64,000 bases of DNA, taken from Felis catus (Eukaryota). This document shows, in pieces, positions 1-12,185 of this stretch. A program made the position numbers and the translations under genes. Numbering within the stretch: the first letter of the stretch is position 1; each line of letters starts with the position of its first letter. The stretch lies in contig NC_058368.1 of NCBI RefSeq assembly GCF_018350175.1, positions 89,530,001 through 89,594,000 of the forward strand, written 5' to 3'. Under the pieces are notes generated by a model, which saw only the letters and a list, made by a program, of their open reading frames with translations, made no database searches and had not been told where the DNA came from.

Positions 1-2250
1 GCATCTTTGCTAAAGCAAATCAACACAGCTCCTTGTGTGGAAAATAAGAATTTCTCCATATAAATCAGCAAGGATTGTCAAAAACAGTACAATTTCACTT
101 GAAATGGACAGTAGTATATTTTTATCATGTTTCCTCAGAGGTATCTCAACTCTTCTGTCTTTTGTCAAAATATAGTCCATAGAAACCCTGATCAAATAAA
201 ATCTTATAGTACATTGTGCTGTCCACTAGACATCAGGCCAGATGGATCTGATATGCATTGAATTGTGAGTATCTTATGCCTTCATAAAGTACATGCATGA
301 CAACAGGTAGGAGATAGGACCCATGAGCCTATCATTTCAAGGAAGAAATGCAGCATTCATTCATGTAGAGCATGAATAGACATCCCCTAAATCTCCTTTA
401 AAGCGAAAAAAAAGGTGCTACACTTGAACAGTTACCTGTAAGAAAGAGTCACAGCAGTGGCTGAGCCACTTTGGATTTGGAATGCAAGATATGCCATATT
501 TGGTTACGTTGCTCCAGGCCTCCCCCCCCCCCCATTAGTTCACATGACTGTCTCAATGCTGTATGGCAAATACAGGCTACAGTAAAAGCCAGTCTTCCAC
601 GTGGGTTTTAAGGACTAATAGATCCAACTCCAATGTTTTATAAGTTAGGGCAAATAGGGATTCTGGGTAGATCCTCTGAAAAAGCCCAATAGGTAAATAA
701 CACAAAAAGTCTTAGGGTTTTAGTGCAAAGTCATATCCTCTTCTGACATTTTCTTTTCAAGAAACAAATCCCAGATTGTTAATGGGCCCTGAGGAAGGTA
801 TATATAGAGAAGCTTCTAAGAAGAGGCACAGGAGGTGAGAATATTTCTGAGTATGTGGGTGGCTATCAGTCAGCCTCTTTCTTCAGCCACTCCAATAGTT
901 TCTCAGTGGGCCTGTGTATCAATTGGCAGGGGGGCTGGGAATGGAAGCTATGCACAAGCTCAGTGGCATAGATTTTTCTTTACTATGTTGATCTGCCTAC
1001 CACTAGATGTGAGGGCATTCACTGCAAAAACTAAAGTTTTACATGGAGCCCTAACTATCTGTCATTTCCTGAATCCTCAAGCTATCTTTCTAAGGGCAGG
1101 TTTATTCCAACATAAAAATTTTCATCACTGTAACAGGACATATTCTACATATGGATTTGCCTTCCTTCTCTGCTATGCTTCTGCATCATTATCTGTGGAC
1201 TTAAGGAATGCCTCATTCATCATCATGGTATTCCACATAGCACCCTTCCAAGCTCATTTCAACATAACAAAAATGTAACAATGACTTCATGTCCATAAAA
1301 GATATTGTTCTTTCCGTGTACCACAATATCTAGAAGTAAGTACCCTGATAGACAATTTGGATGACCTACTGAAAAAAATGTTATCTCATCAGCTTTGATG
1401 TAACATCCTATGGGTATATATATCATGTATTATATGCTTTGTATATCTAGTATACTTTTTCCCCAAAGACAGAATACATGGGTCTGGGAATCAAGGAGCA
1501 GAAATGAGTGTGAATACTTTCATCACCTAATATCCCACTTATGTTTTTCTTTCCATCCCCACAACCTTAAACTGTGCTGCTCTTGAGGGCTTAGTTCTCA
1601 AAAGATAAGTGTGTTAACAAGAGGACACAATGGTTATGACTTCACCTGGTGTGGTGGGCCCTCATGCCATGACTCCATTGAACTGACAATTAGTTAAGAG
1701 TATTGGTTTTTTATATGGGTTGCATGTATGCATGTATGTATAGGATGTGTTGCATCCTATACAATGAGGATAAGAAACACTATGTTTAGAACCCATGGAA
1801 TTCTCTGGGTAAGTCTTAGTACTGCCATGTTTGATAGCATCATTCAAAAACTATGACAGTCCAACAAAGGCTCATAGCTTCCAGAAACAAAAGGTTGGTA
1901 GACCAGGTAGTGTTTGAAAGCAAAAATAACATGAACTGGATCATAAAATCATGTGATTGAAATCAATACCAGCAGTGGTCTCATGACTCATTACAGGAAT
2001 GAAGACTGTGGCTGTTATGGATATTTTTATGTCTATATTAGCCAATTATATATATTTATATATTAGGCAATTATATTATATAGACCATCAACCCTGAGAA
2101 GTTACTCAGATGAGATGAAAAGTACAGTGGACAGTCCTGAAATAATGGGCTTGAGATGGACACAACTTGCAGGACATGTGGCCCCCTTGCTGGAGAGAGG
2201 TGGGGAGTTGCCTATGAAGGTGAGGGCCTGAATTTTCTATGAGAGGAAAT
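1..2250 (+). mobile_element. Ancient, highly decayed ERVL-type internal (pol) sequence
   Basis: cctcagaggtatctcaactct near 134-154 resembles the ERVL RT PQGYINSP-encoding segment; gggtctgggaatcaaggagcagaa at about 1479-1503 resembles the ERVL integrase 3' region. No open ORF; boundaries approximate. Confidence 0.6.
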
Positions 2251-2329
2251 ATTCATAGAAGGTAAGAATGGATGCAGAATGTAATAAAGATTAATGGTAA
2301 CAACCCTAAGCGTATTGGTCTCCAGATAC

Positions 2330-2801
2330 AGTTATTGCCCTTCCTTGATCTATTTAGTTTGTGGTGGGGTAGAGTGGGGATGGGATGAGGTGCTAATGAA
2401 CCTGCAGGCTGTATTTCCTTGGTTCCCATATCCATAGAATATCCGGGGAGAGAATAAAGGGATAAGGTGAGCTAGTACCCCCTCCAAGTCCACTTCAGGT
2501 GGCACCTCAGGCAGTAGTAGAGGAAGGCTGCTCCTGTTCCTGCAAGAGTGGCCTGCCATGTTGGTTGCAGTTTCTTCCAGATGACCCTGCCCCTTGGGTT
2601 CTTCTAATACCAACTCTCCTTCTATCTTAAGTCTAGGGATGTTAGCAACTTCATACTGTTACTAATCTCAGGGTTTCCTCAGTATCTCATGTTTGGATTT
2701 GCAGTTCTTTTATCACTTGTGTCACCAATGCTCTGCATTAAATGGCCTCCATTGTAAATATTTAAAGTTGTTTCTATTTTCCTAGTTAGACCCTTTCTGA
2801 C
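2330..2801 (+). mobile_element. Old ERVL LTR (LTR16/LTR33-like)
   Basis: The 3' end ...ctgcattaaa...ttgtttctattttcctagttagaccctttctgaca resembles ERVL LTR termini and follows ERVL internal sequence. The 5' boundary is uncertain. Confidence 0.45.
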
Positions 2802-2924
2802 ACCGAGTGATCACTGACTTCATAAAAACTCAAATGATATCAATTTACCTACTGTCATGAATATGTGGCCTTCATAAGTGTTATGTCTTTGATCAGAACA
2901 TCCATAATATTTATTTCTCTAATT

Positions 2925-3153
2925 TAGGGCTTCTCAACCTCAGTGCTGTTGACATTTGGGACTGGATAGTTCTTTGTTGTAGAAGACTATCCTGTGCATT
3001 GTACAATATTTAGCAGCATCCCTGGTCTCTACTTACGAGATGCCAGTAATACCTCCCTCCTAGGTTGTGATCACCAAAAATGTCTCTAGACATTGCAAGC
3101 ATCCCCTGCAAGGGTGGGAGTGGCGCAAAACTGCCTCTTGTTGAGAACCACTG
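2925..3153 (+). mobile_element. MER20-like hAT non-autonomous DNA transposon
   Basis: Termini tagggcttctcaac...gttgagaaccactg; perfect 8-bp TSD ctctaatt at 2917-2924 and 3154-3161. Confidence 0.9.
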
Positions 3154-4660
3154 CTCTAATTGAAAAGCTGTTAAAAACACTACAGTTTTTTTTTTCTCCC
3201 TTTGAACTAATGATTTTTATTTGGACTAATCCCTGCCTATTGTGATTTAGTGTGGTTATTACAATGGAGTTCAGTAGACATGGCTGCAGCTGGTCATATA
3301 TATGATAATTTTATTTTCAATCTGCACCTTTAGTCACTTGCCAATACAAAATGCTCGTCCTATAGAATGAAATGTTGCATGTAGCATTCTAAACTTTGAC
3401 ATCTTCCCATATCCATGCATTCATTCAGTCCATTCATTCATTCAGCCTATTAATTATTTACAGAGTGTTAGGCTCCTTTCTAAGCACATGGATGAGCAAT
3501 TTAAGAAAGTAATGCCTCCAGTCTATCGTAGCTGGGCATAATAGCATGACATCCAGAACCACACAAGAAAAGACTGTGCTCTTCTGAAAATGAGAGAGTG
3601 TTTTTCTCAAGTCTTGTTTTAATTAATGCAGACTTCCTCTTACAAGGATATGTCATTATACGCTGAGACAAACTTCAGAAAATTAGGATGCACTTGGGTC
3701 CCCTATTAGGCCACAGAATTACTGAGCAACTTGTTAATGCCAATGTGGATTTGGAACCACGGATTATTGTTGTGTGAAAACCATTGGATGTAGCTGTGCA
3801 AATCAAGCCCCCTGACTCCTTTTGCTTTCACTTCTGTACTCAAATAGTGCTTTTTAATTCTGCACTTCTCTCCTATGAAAGTAAGCAGAGAATTCTGTTT
3901 AGAATCTCATTGACATCAGTTGCCTTGTCTCTACTTAACTCACAGTTCTCTTTATTCAGTTTTTTTTGGTGATTTTAAAATTTACAAACTGTCTTATAGC
4001 TCCAGCAAGCGAACATGTTTATTCTTATTATTCAAACACTAAATTAGATAAAATTTGACATGTCCTAAAGCCTTGCCTTGAAGTCATGGTACTCCTTTCA
4101 ATTCTAAGAAACAGGATCCTTGGTATACTGTGTAGTCTCTGTCTACTTGATTCTTATTCTTTTTTCTTGTTCCACATATACTTATTCATGATGGACAAGT
4201 ATTGCATTGTATGTTACTGACTAAATCCTCCATTTTCCCAACTGTTTTGATGATGGTATAGTGAAAGTGGTGATGGAGAAAATGAAGAAACTTCTATGGC
4301 CATGTAGCTGCTTAATAAATGTAGCAGCGTGATCATCGGTGCTATTGTAACATCTAGGAGTATGTTTGGTGGCATTTGAATAAGCTAGTAACCATGCATT
4401 GAAAATAGAAAAACATTAACAGTGGGACACAGAATTACTTGCCAGGGGAGACTGCCTTGGCCAGAGGTTCCTTTAAGGGATGGTTAGGTTTCCTTCTGGT
4501 GAGTCCCCACCCTGTAAAGATCCCAGGAATAGCTAGAGAAGAGCACACAGCAGATTTTCCAACCCCCTCACAGAAACATAAAACAAGCGCAGTTAAAGCA
4601 AGTACACCACAAGTTGTGTCGCCAGTGGTTGCCTCACCTTTCTTCCCACTCTTGATCTCC

Positions 4661-5593
4661 CTATACCTGCTCTGTCCCCATCAAGCTCCTGACTGCTTTC
4701 TTCACATCCTTATTCCTCAGTGTGTAGACCAGAGGGTTGAGTGTGGGCGCAAGAATCATGTAAAGCACTGCCAGTGCTTTGCTCTGGTCCTGGGAGTAGT
4801 TGTCCTTGGGCTGCAGATACAAAAACATAATGGTCCCATAGAAGAGTGAGACTACCATTAGGTGGGAGGCACAGGTCCTAAAGGCCTTTTTCCTTCCCTC
4901 TGCTGAGCGCATTTTTACTACTGCCCTGGCGATGCACACGTAAGTGGTCAGGATGATGGAGACAGGCATGCCTAGGATGATTAGCCGGGCAATAAACATT
5001 TTAGATTCTGTCGGGCCAGTATCAACGCAGGAGAGTTTAACAATGATCAATAGTTCACAGAAGAAATGGTCCACACGCCGGTTTCCACATAGAGGCAGCA
5101 CCATGGCCATTGAGGACTGGAGAAAGGAGTTAGCAAAACCAGAGGACCAGGAAGCTGCTGCCAGGAGGTGGCACAGCCTGGGGTGCGTGATGGAGGTATA
5201 GTGTAGAGGCCAGCAAACTGCAACATAGCGATCAACTGCCATCACCGCAAGGAGCACACACTCTGTGGAGCCAAGTGCCAAGGCCACCCAGTACTGGACC
5301 ATGCAGCCAGCATAGCTGATCTTTTTGTTACCTCCCCACATGTTCACCAGCATCTGGGGCACAATGCTGGTGGTGAAGCAGAGGTCAAGCACAGAGAGGT
5401 TTCTGAGGAAGAAGTACATGGGTGTATGAAGTCCAGCATCCAGGATAGAAAGTAGGATTATGGCCACGTTGCCCACAAGAGTTATGGTGTAGAACATCAG
5501 GACAAAGAAAGAGAGGATCAGCTCTAACTTGGGCCACTCAGAGAAGCCCACTAAGATGAAATCCCCACCTGTGCTCTCATTAGCTGTTTCCAT
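4661..5593 (-). CDS. Olfactory receptor, class II, family 2-like (OR2W/2G/2C/2Y-related), intact 310 aa
   Basis: Single-exon ORF with OR motifs: N-terminal NES glycosylation site, GN in TM1, LHTPMYFFL, MAVDRYVAVCWPLHY, HFFCE, KAFRTCASHL, PTLNPLVYTLRNKDVK. The exact ortholog is not resolvable by eye. Confidence 0.96.
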   Translation of the reverse strand: METANESTGGDFILVGFSEWPKLELILSFFVLMFYTITLVGNVAIILLSILDAGLHTPMYFFLRNLSVLDLCFTTSIVPQMLVNMWGGNKKISYAGCMVQYWVALALGSTECVLLAVMAVDRYVAVCWPLHYTSITHPRLCHLLAAASWSSGFANSFLQSSMAMVLPLCGNRRVDHFFCELLIIVKLSCVDTGPTESKMFIARLIILGMPVSIILTTYVCIARAVVKMRSAEGRKKAFRTCASHLMVVSLFYGTIMFLYLQPKDNYSQDQSKALAVLYMILAPTLNPLVYTLRNKDVKKAVRSLMGTEQV

Positions 5594-6796
5594 CTCCTCT
5601 TCAGCCCTATCACTTCAGGAGATCCCACACCCTCTGTTGTGGGATTTAAGAATAATAAGTGGGTAATTAATACACATAATGGATTTAAAGGACAAGCATG
5701 GGTCCTTAGATGTGACCTAAATTCTACATTTTTGTTTTCTCTTGTCCTTTCCATCTATTTCCCCCTGCAACTGGATGAAAACTCCAGCAGATACATGACC
5801 TCCACAGTAATAAATGTATCACAACCAATTTCAGTTACAAACAGAATCTAAATCCACTAATTTGAAAACCCAGTCCCATGAATACCAACAACTGAAAGCC
5901 TCACTTAGCATTCAGTCTTGTCCTCCGCCAGCTATCACTCCTTCCAGGTAACCCCTTGTGCTTGAGGGATGGGCTGTGGGCAGCTTCTCTCTCTCCCCAC
6001 CCTTTCTCTGACAGCATGACAGTAGGGCCATAGGGTCTTCCTGTTTGGGCCATGCAAAGGGGGAGGAAAAGAGTTACAAAAAAGTTCTTACTCTTCCAAT
6101 CTGAGCCTGGGAGGTGTTTAAAGAGCTGACTCTTCTCTCATGGGAAAAGTGGTGGGTTCTTATAAGCCTCTTTACTGGGACAATGGGCCTGTGGGTCCCC
6201 AGCCTGGACTGGTGCATCTCCCATGAAGCTTACATCACCTTTTGCAGCTTCTGGAGATCCAGCATTCTCTCCCAGCATCGTGCTACTTTTTCCCTTTGTC
6301 CCTCTGGTGGCTCTAATGGATTAGACTCAGGACAACCCTGCACTAACTCTCCCTTCACCATCACCCTCCTCCAACACACAGGAAAGTCTCTTCCATCATT
6401 TGTCTCAGAAACATTGCAGCAACCAAGACTTTCTTGAATCTACCACTGTAGAAGCTATTGGCACTTTTCTCATCCCCCAGAATTTCCTGGTTTTTCTGCC
6501 CCTGATTCACTCTGTGCACTCCCAACTAAAATATGCAATTAGTGAAATCTCCAAGTAGCTCTGTTGAAGTCTCCCATCTGCACACCTATTAATGTAATGG
6601 GGCAGGTACTTTAAAACACCCTTTCCTGTTGGAAGGGGATGGTTTCAGACTCAAACTACTGCTTATTTCAAATGAATATTTGCAAATTCTCTCCCCTCCT
6701 CTTTACTCTCCTGACCTGTTTAATTTTTCATGTGGATGAAACTATTCTGGATGAATACTCCAAGAATCATACAACCATTTAAAAAATCATTTTCTT

Positions 6797-7026
6797 GGGC
6801 GCCTGGGTGGCGCAGTCGGTTAAGCGTCCGACTTCAGCCAGGTCACGATCTCGCGGTCCGTGAGTTCGAGCCCCGCGTCGGGCTCTGGGCTGATGGCTCA
6901 GAGCCTGGAGCCTGTTTCCGATTCTGTGTCTCCCTCTCTCTCTGCCCCTCCCCCGTTCATGCTCTGTCTCTCTCTGTCCCAAAAATAAATAAAAACATTG
7001 AAAAAAAATTAAAAAAAAATAAAAAT
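6797..7026 (+). mobile_element. Young SINEC_Fc (felid CanSINE)
   Basis: gggcgcctgggtggcgcagtcggttaagcgtccgact head with CpGs intact, CT tract and A tail; 16-bp TSD aaaaaatcattttctt (6781-6796, 7027-7042). Confidence 0.95.
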
Positions 7027-8923
7027 AAAAAATCATTTTCTTATAAATACTACATATGATTGAATCTTTCCCACCCTCTATAACATTTGAGCCAAATATT
7101 AGGCAGAGAGATTCATTTTAAAATACTGGTCCTTATGTACTAGAGGCAGTGGGACATTCAGTTTCGTGGGACAAAATTTTGTGGGACATCCACTTTTTGG
7201 GGGTAGCTTCTGTCCATACCTTTCAGGAAAGTCAAGTGATAATAAGGCAACAAATCTCAAATAAATGACCAAGAGGGTAAATTAATTTAAGCACTTATCT
7301 TAAATAGTAGTTATAAATAAAGGTACCAAGAAAGAAATCAAAATTAGATAACAAATTCACTCCACTTGAATAGAAGTTGAAGGAAAAATCAAATAGGCAA
7401 AAGGTTATTTCCATACATGTCACGAATAATTTCCATGTTGATTCTTTCTGTGATTTTTCCAGTTGTCCCTCTTCTGTTAAATAGAAATACATCATAGGAT
7501 TACCTTCGAGATAGATTGCCACTGACTTCAAGAAGCTTTGAGATATCCAGGTCTTCCAAATTTTATTTTCTCCTCTACTAATCACATTGTGTTCAGAAAG
7601 ACTTGTTCTTAATGACATTAGCCTTCCTCCTTGCAACAGTATCTCATCTCTCCATTGGTATACAGATCATTAGCTACACTCTTATTCATGCCTTTGCACA
7701 GAGCATATTGAGATGGTAAGGGCCGGGCCTTAGTGTCCTTGTCCACAGTCATCTTGCTTCATTAGAATTACTGGTTACACAAATTTGACAGGGAATGTTT
7801 TACATACTGTAAGGGTGAATAATTTTTTTACCAATTGATACTTAAATTTAAAAATCCATAATGAAAATTAGAACAAGAGAGAGGAGATAGGGGAAGTAAA
7901 ATTAAGTGGGAGTAATTTGGGATTACACAGAAGCAAGAGGGGTACACAAGGGATGTAATGGGAGAGCCAATTTATAAGTGAAAGATTGGGTTCCCAGACA
8001 CCCTGGGGATGGAGCTCAGAGATGCAACAGGGAGGAAACAGGAACATTTATTTTGTTCATCATTAAATCTCCATCAATTGTCAAGTGCCTGGCAAGTGAT
8101 AAGTGTATAGTCAGTTAATATCTGTCCACAGATCTCAAGTGTGTGACCTTTGAACCAAAGCTGGAAACTCCTATTTTGTTTGACTCAGATAAAACTTTTA
8201 AAATTAGGGGATTTTGTTAAACTATAATTTCTTGCACCTCATTTAAAAGTTTGTGACTAGTAGCACCAAGCCAATATCCATCTAACATGATAATTTACTG
8301 GAGATAAATTTTAAGCAGACATTTGTCTCCAGTTCCCAGTCTTCACTGCATCCCATCTGCCTCACACACCCAGGTTTACCCCATCTTCTATCTGTAGCCA
8401 TTTGAGCCTGAATTCCATACATCTGTTGTCTAAACCAGCATCTTGCCATCATGAGATTCTGTGTCTCAATCAGCTCCAGGGCCCACGAAGACTTTGCAAG
8501 TTGTTATGCTTTTAATTGCAAATAATTTCATGTTCTTCCTGGAAGCAGGCCTGACATATATTATAAATCTGAGTAATATTAACTTGGCAAACAGAGACCT
8601 GGAACAAAAACCCATATACAGGTGGAGAAAACTCAATTCTTCCTTTCTTTTGACTGTTTTGAAGTCTTTAAATATTACAAGAGCCAGCTGTAATAAAAAT
8701 GATCTGACAGTCGCTTTTTATTTTTTTATATCATGATAATCAAACTAAAAACTACCAATCAGTGTCTTTCTTATAGAAAACTGTTCAAATTCTCCACTGG
8801 GAGAATTAAGGAGACAAGAGAAAAGCAGTAATGGTGAAGAGAAAGGAATTAATTGCAATAAGAGGAACAACTTCATCAGGGAGTTGGAGAGGTTTGCTAA
8901 AATTTGATAAAGAATGAGGCTCC

Positions 8924-9069
8924 AGGGTGCCTTAATCAATTAAGAGTCTAACTCTTGATTTCAACTCAGGTCATAATCTCTCAGTTTGTAGGATAGAGCC
9001 TCCACATCCAGCTCTGTGCTGACAGTGCAGAGCCTGCTTGGGATTCCCTCTCTCTCTCTGCCTCTCCCC

Positions 9070-9138
<69 letters not shown>

Positions 9139-9178
9139 TCTTTCTCTCTGTCTCCCTCTCTCAAAATAAATAAATAAG
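8924..9178 (+). mobile_element. CanSINE, older copy with long (CT)n
   Basis: actcttgatttcaactcaggtcataatctc...gagcctgcttgggattc, (CT)n, aaaataaataaat tail. Confidence 0.85.
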
Positions 9179-9294
9179 GATTTTTTAATTGATAAAGGAA
9201 AGAACCAATGATGATGTTAAATTCATCATAATTGATGATAGATTAACTCACTAAGTGATTCTTGTTTGAATCAACTCAGGGAACTCATGAAAGC

Positions 9295-9470
9295 AAGGAC
9301 TCTGTCTGAATCGTGGATCAACCACTTACTACATGTATAAACTTGAGAAGGTCTTTAACCTTTATGCTCTTGGTTTACTCATCTGTAATATGAAAATAAC
9401 AATATCATAATATTCTTTTCATAGGGTTGTCTTGAAAATTACAAAAGATTATACATACAAAAGTTAAACT
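9295..9470 (+). mobile_element. MIR SINE remnant
   Basis: ccacttact...ctcatctgtaatatg...atagggttgt, the MIR core. Confidence 0.65.
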
Positions 9471-9514
9471 GTTATCCCATAGATAATAATAGTAACATGG
9501 AATAATAGGAATAA

Positions 9515-9760
9515 TGGTAACATTTCTCAAGCTTGCAATGTATGAAGTGCTTTATGTGCATTGCCTTATTTTATATTCATATATAATCTCTGAGGTCGTT
9601 AATATCACTGCCCCATTTTGCAGAGTAGAAAATTAAGCCTATGATGACTTCATCCTAAGGCCAAGTCCACATCCCCAATACATGGTAGAACTAGGACTTG
9701 AAGTCAGAACTCACTGGTTCCAAAGTTCATGATCACTAAACTATCATACAACACTGCCTG
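9515..9760 (-). mobile_element. MIR SINE remnant
   Basis: gtgctttatgtgcatt...ccccattttgcaga...aggccaagtccaca, MIR core in reverse orientation. Confidence 0.65.
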
Positions 9761-10639
9761 TATTATTGTAAGTAGCTATGCATATAATCCCTTTGTAGTT
9801 ATCACTCCCAATGCCTGGCACATACCAGGCACTCACTAAATGTTTACTGAGTGAGGAGAAAAGGGGGAACTACCAGTTATTCAACAAAACCACTGCCAAT
9901 CCTGTTCAGTCAGAATGATAGAGGGGAGGAAAGATTGAGGGTTCATCCCCAGGGGTCATCTTTATAAGCTGAAGTGTCCTTTTAATTAAGAAAAAAAACC
10001 TTCCTAGAACCTTAAAAGCATTAATAACCTAGTTTTATGCCAATGTAGAAAGTCTGATTTTGGTGCTCACAAGAACAGTCTTGGCTTTTCAGTCCTTACT
10101 AGCTACAACCTGGCATTCAGAGCAATTGAAAGCAAACAATACTCACCTCCACACACAGTTTTCAGTCTGGTGTGTTAAAAGTCATGTTCTTGTCATGCTC
10201 TTTATCATCGACTTAAAGTCCTAGTGTGGGTGTGAGATCTGAATTCTTGGGGAGAGGAGAAGGGAAGCTATGTTAGGGCTGTCTCAGACACACAGGTCCC
10301 TTTTCCCTGCTATAAACAAAATCACTGCCAAAGCAGAAAGATGCAGAACAGAGTTTTCTCCTTGCCAAGACTATCAAACCTTCAGATGGAGTAAAATGTA
10401 CCTGCCACACAGCAAGTTAGGACCAAAGATGCAAAGTGGGATTTGGCAAAAACTGCCAGCACCTTCCTTTGCTTCTCTTACTATTACTGTTTTCTGCTCT
10501 AGCCCACAAACTACTTGGTTTTGTCCTGCTTTCAGAAATGCTTATATGCACCCAAATCATGTACTTATCCTCTTTTCATTTCCTTACTGGGGGGTGGGGG
10601 GCCAATAAATTATCTTGAGTCTTAAAAAAAAAAAGGGAA

Positions 10640-10800
10640 GGGACATCTGTGCAGCTCAGCTGCTTAAGCATCCGAGTTTGGCTCAGATTATCTCAAGGTT
10701 TGTGAGTAGACCCCCACACTGGGCTCCTTGCTGTCAGCATGGAGTCTGCTTCAGATCCTCTGTCTTCCTCTCTCAAAAATAAATAAACATTTTTTTAAAA
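10640..10800 (+). mobile_element. Degenerate CanSINE
   Basis: gggacatctgtgcagctcagctgcttaagcatc...gcttcagatcctctgtct...ctcaaaaataaataaac. Confidence 0.8.
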
Positions 10801-11234
10801 AGGGGTTCTGTAATGGACCAAGGGTAATGTATATCTAGTACGGTTAGGGTTTCTATTAGCTAAATCAGTTTCTGGCACCTCTCAGCTGAAATCCTGTCCA
10901 TTGTGCCCAAAGACCCAGAAGACATTGATTTGACCTGGTGGCTGGGAGTTCCTTCTGCCTGTCCAAAAGACTTAGTTTGTAGTTGCAGGCAGCTTTTATA
11001 GCAAGTGCCTAGGGAGCTTTGAGAAACGTGTTGTCCCCACGTTTAAAAGCCACTGCAAACTTCACTTGTTTACTCTGCAGAAACATCTCTGGAGGAAGAG
11101 CCCCAAAGTGATCAATTATTGTAAGATAGTGAGGGGCTTAGGAATAAGGTAAAAGTAGCATAGGGGGATGGAGTTACTGAGGCACTAAAGCCTATTTCTC
11201 CACATCTCCTCTGAAGTTTAAAAATGTCTATATT

Positions 11235-11453
11235 GGGGCGCCTGGGTGGCGCAGTCGGTTAAGCGTCCGACTTCAGCCAGGTCACGATCTCGCGGTCCGT
11301 GAGTTCGAGCCCCGCGTCGGGCTCTGGGCTGATGGCTCGGAGCCTGGAGCCTGTTTCCGATTCTGTGTCTCCCTCTCTCTCTGCCCCTCCCCCGTTCATG
11401 CTCTGTCTCTCTCTCTGTCCCAAAATAAAAATAAAAAAAACGTTGAAAAAAAA
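11235..11453 (+). mobile_element. Young SINEC_Fc
   Basis: Nearly identical to the 6797 copy; TSD tgtctatatt on both sides. Confidence 0.95.
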
Positions 11454-11624
11454 GTGTCTATATTAAGAAACATGTTATTAAATGCTCAGGTGCATTTATG
11501 CAGTCACCAGAATTTTATTAGTTTGAATATGAAGAATAAAGCAGACACTGTTGGAGAACAAAAGAAAAGGAAAAGCCAAAAATCAAATGAGGCAGATTCC
11601 TTATTTGTAATAGTGTGTCATTTT

Positions 11625-11649
11625 ACTACTACTACTACTACTACTACTA
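11625..11649. repeat. (CTA)n microsatellite
   Basis: tactactactac... run. Confidence 0.9.
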
Positions 11650-11919
11650 AGTATGGTATTTATAGCAGTGATTTTTTGGTTGCATTTACACAAATAAGAT
11701 AGTTTGGAGGAGTAACAATAAAATAAAGCTAGTTTGCAAAATGGTTTCTGTTACATTATTCAACTTACCCAATAAAAATTATCATGATCTTCAATAATAC
11801 AATAATTTCCTCTGTATTGAGGCTATTTACTCACTATGCAGACATCTTGTTTTCAAAAAATCAGTTGTATCCAGTCAATTAGTATTTTCAGTTTAAAAAG
11901 TAAAAGGCCCAGCTAAACA

Positions 11920-12185
11920 TCACCTTATAATGTGACCCAGCAATCGCATTACTAGATATTTACCTGATTTCAAACCTTACACCCACGCAAAAAACCTGCA
12001 TGTGATTGTTGATACCAGCTTTTATTGTTAATCGCCCAAAACTAGAAGTAAGCAACATGTCCTTCAATAGGTAAATGATAAGGAAACTGGTACATCCATA
12101 TTTAGCAATTTTTTTAAGGCCAGCAAGCCAAACAAAAAAATGGATGAAGCTTAAGTTAATATGGGTAAGTGAAAGAAGCCAGTCT
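11920..12185 (+). mobile_element. Old L1M 3' fragment
   Basis: tgacccagcaatcgcattactagatatttacc...gtgaaagaagccagtc resembles the L1 ORF2 end and 3'UTR. Confidence 0.6.

Noticed and set aside
4439..5235. ORFs overlapping the OR gene in other frames or strand
   Set aside because: Shadow ORFs of the OR coding sequence with no independent motifs.
6797..7026. tRNA genes at SINE heads (here and in the other copies)
   Set aside because: These are tRNA-derived CanSINEs with CT tracts, A tails and TSDs.
9295..9760. Hairpin ncRNA from the inverted MIR pair
   Set aside because: Both MIRs are too diverged for long complementarity to be evident, and inverted MIR pairs are common.
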